Shown here piece after piece: positions 63,111 to 64,000 of a stretch of DNA of 64,000 nt. Origin of the DNA: Stylophora pistillata (Eukaryota). The position numbers were made by a program, and so were the translations under genes. The number at the start of each line of letters is the position of its first letter. The first letter of the stretch is position 1. The DNA is taken from assembly GCF_002571385.2 (NCBI RefSeq), contig NW_019217869.1, positions 423,731 to 487,730 of the forward strand. Direction: 5' to 3'. The notes beneath the pieces were generated by a model. The model was not told where the DNA came from. It searched no databases and worked only from the letters and a program-made list of their open reading frames with translations.

Positions 63111-64000
63111 TTTCCCCCCCTCTCCCTCCATTGTTATATTGGTGAGTTTACATGGTGTAGCACTTGCAGCATGAAGGTGTACAATCTACATACATTGTAT
63201 CAACTTTGTAATGGGGGAGATGGTAGGAAAATGATGGATGTGGATGTGGATTTTCAGATATAATTTAAACTCTTTTTCAAATTGTGTCACAAAATAAGAA
63301 ATAAGGGTAAGCCATTAACACCAAGATATTTGGATTAGCTTTCAATTGGTGACTGATTTCTGGATAAGAGGTAACTCTGGAGATTTATCAGTAATGAGGA
63401 AACAAATCATTGGTTATTGCTGATCTTTTTTACTTCCAATTTTAAACAAACAAGATTTTGGACAAACTCGTGTTAACAAATAGATTAACTGTAAGCTACA
63501 TGTAATTGTAGAACATACTCTAATGCTAAAGTGAAAGATTGTAAAAGAATAACACATTTAGAACCTTTGTCAGGTTGGAAGTTCAACTTTTTAGTATTTT
63601 ACCAGCTATCACATTTGACAAAGAATCACATTATTTTTTTCGTCATTCTTTCCTCACAGTATCATTTGAAAATTGATTGAGGGGCCCATGAAATGTGGGA
63701 TTTGAATTGTTGATAAGGATGTGCTTCTATTAACTTGATTAACTTTTAATGATTTCAGGATGTTTATCTGTAGAGCTCAGACCTTGTGTGGCTTAAAGCT
63801 CCCTGTATATCAGTTTGTTGCTGTACAAAGTCTTTTTAACAGGTGTCAAGTCCTCAAGGCTTAAGCCAAATTGTTGGTTGTTCCTGAGTGCTGGTTTTTG
63901 GGTCAAGGGAGTCAATCCATGAAGTAACAGGACTGGTTCACTCTTTGAACTCATGTAAGTTGCCTAGTTTCATTCAACACAATAATAACAATAATAATAA

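Overview
Eukaryotic, AT-rich, intron-containing genomic DNA with three assembly gaps. Gene content and repeat landscape suggest a stony coral or other anthozoan (inference). Nine protein-coding genes were reconstructed, the spliced ones by hand from splice sites and reading-frame phase. In order: an intronless BTB-BACK gene (+); two adjacent minus-strand single-pass receptor genes only partly visible in the ORF track, one with a MANSC-like Cys-rich domain and one with an apextrin C-terminal (ApeC) domain; an intronless tropomyosin-like gene (-); two tandem insulin-like peptide (ILP) genes (+); a 10-exon RAB3IP/Sec2 GEF (+); an intronless GPR22-like GPCR (+); and a 3-exon bacterial-type BCCT betaine transporter with a PLAC8-like tail (+). 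Introns and intergenic DNA carry many non-autonomous DNA transposons, some nested and with target-site duplications, plus LINE 3' fragments. Highlights: (1) an intact minimal type I hammerhead ribozyme inside a Penelope-type palindrome; (2) the ILP pair, whose C-peptide/A-chain resembles a vitamin-K gamma-carboxylation propeptide plus Gla module; (3) a TAG in ILP2 exactly before its last Cys, and a split ATG plus a GC-AG intron in ILP1; (4) the two receptors share one exon-phase scaffold and a YxxPhi tail. Family assignments rest on recalled motifs, not database searches.
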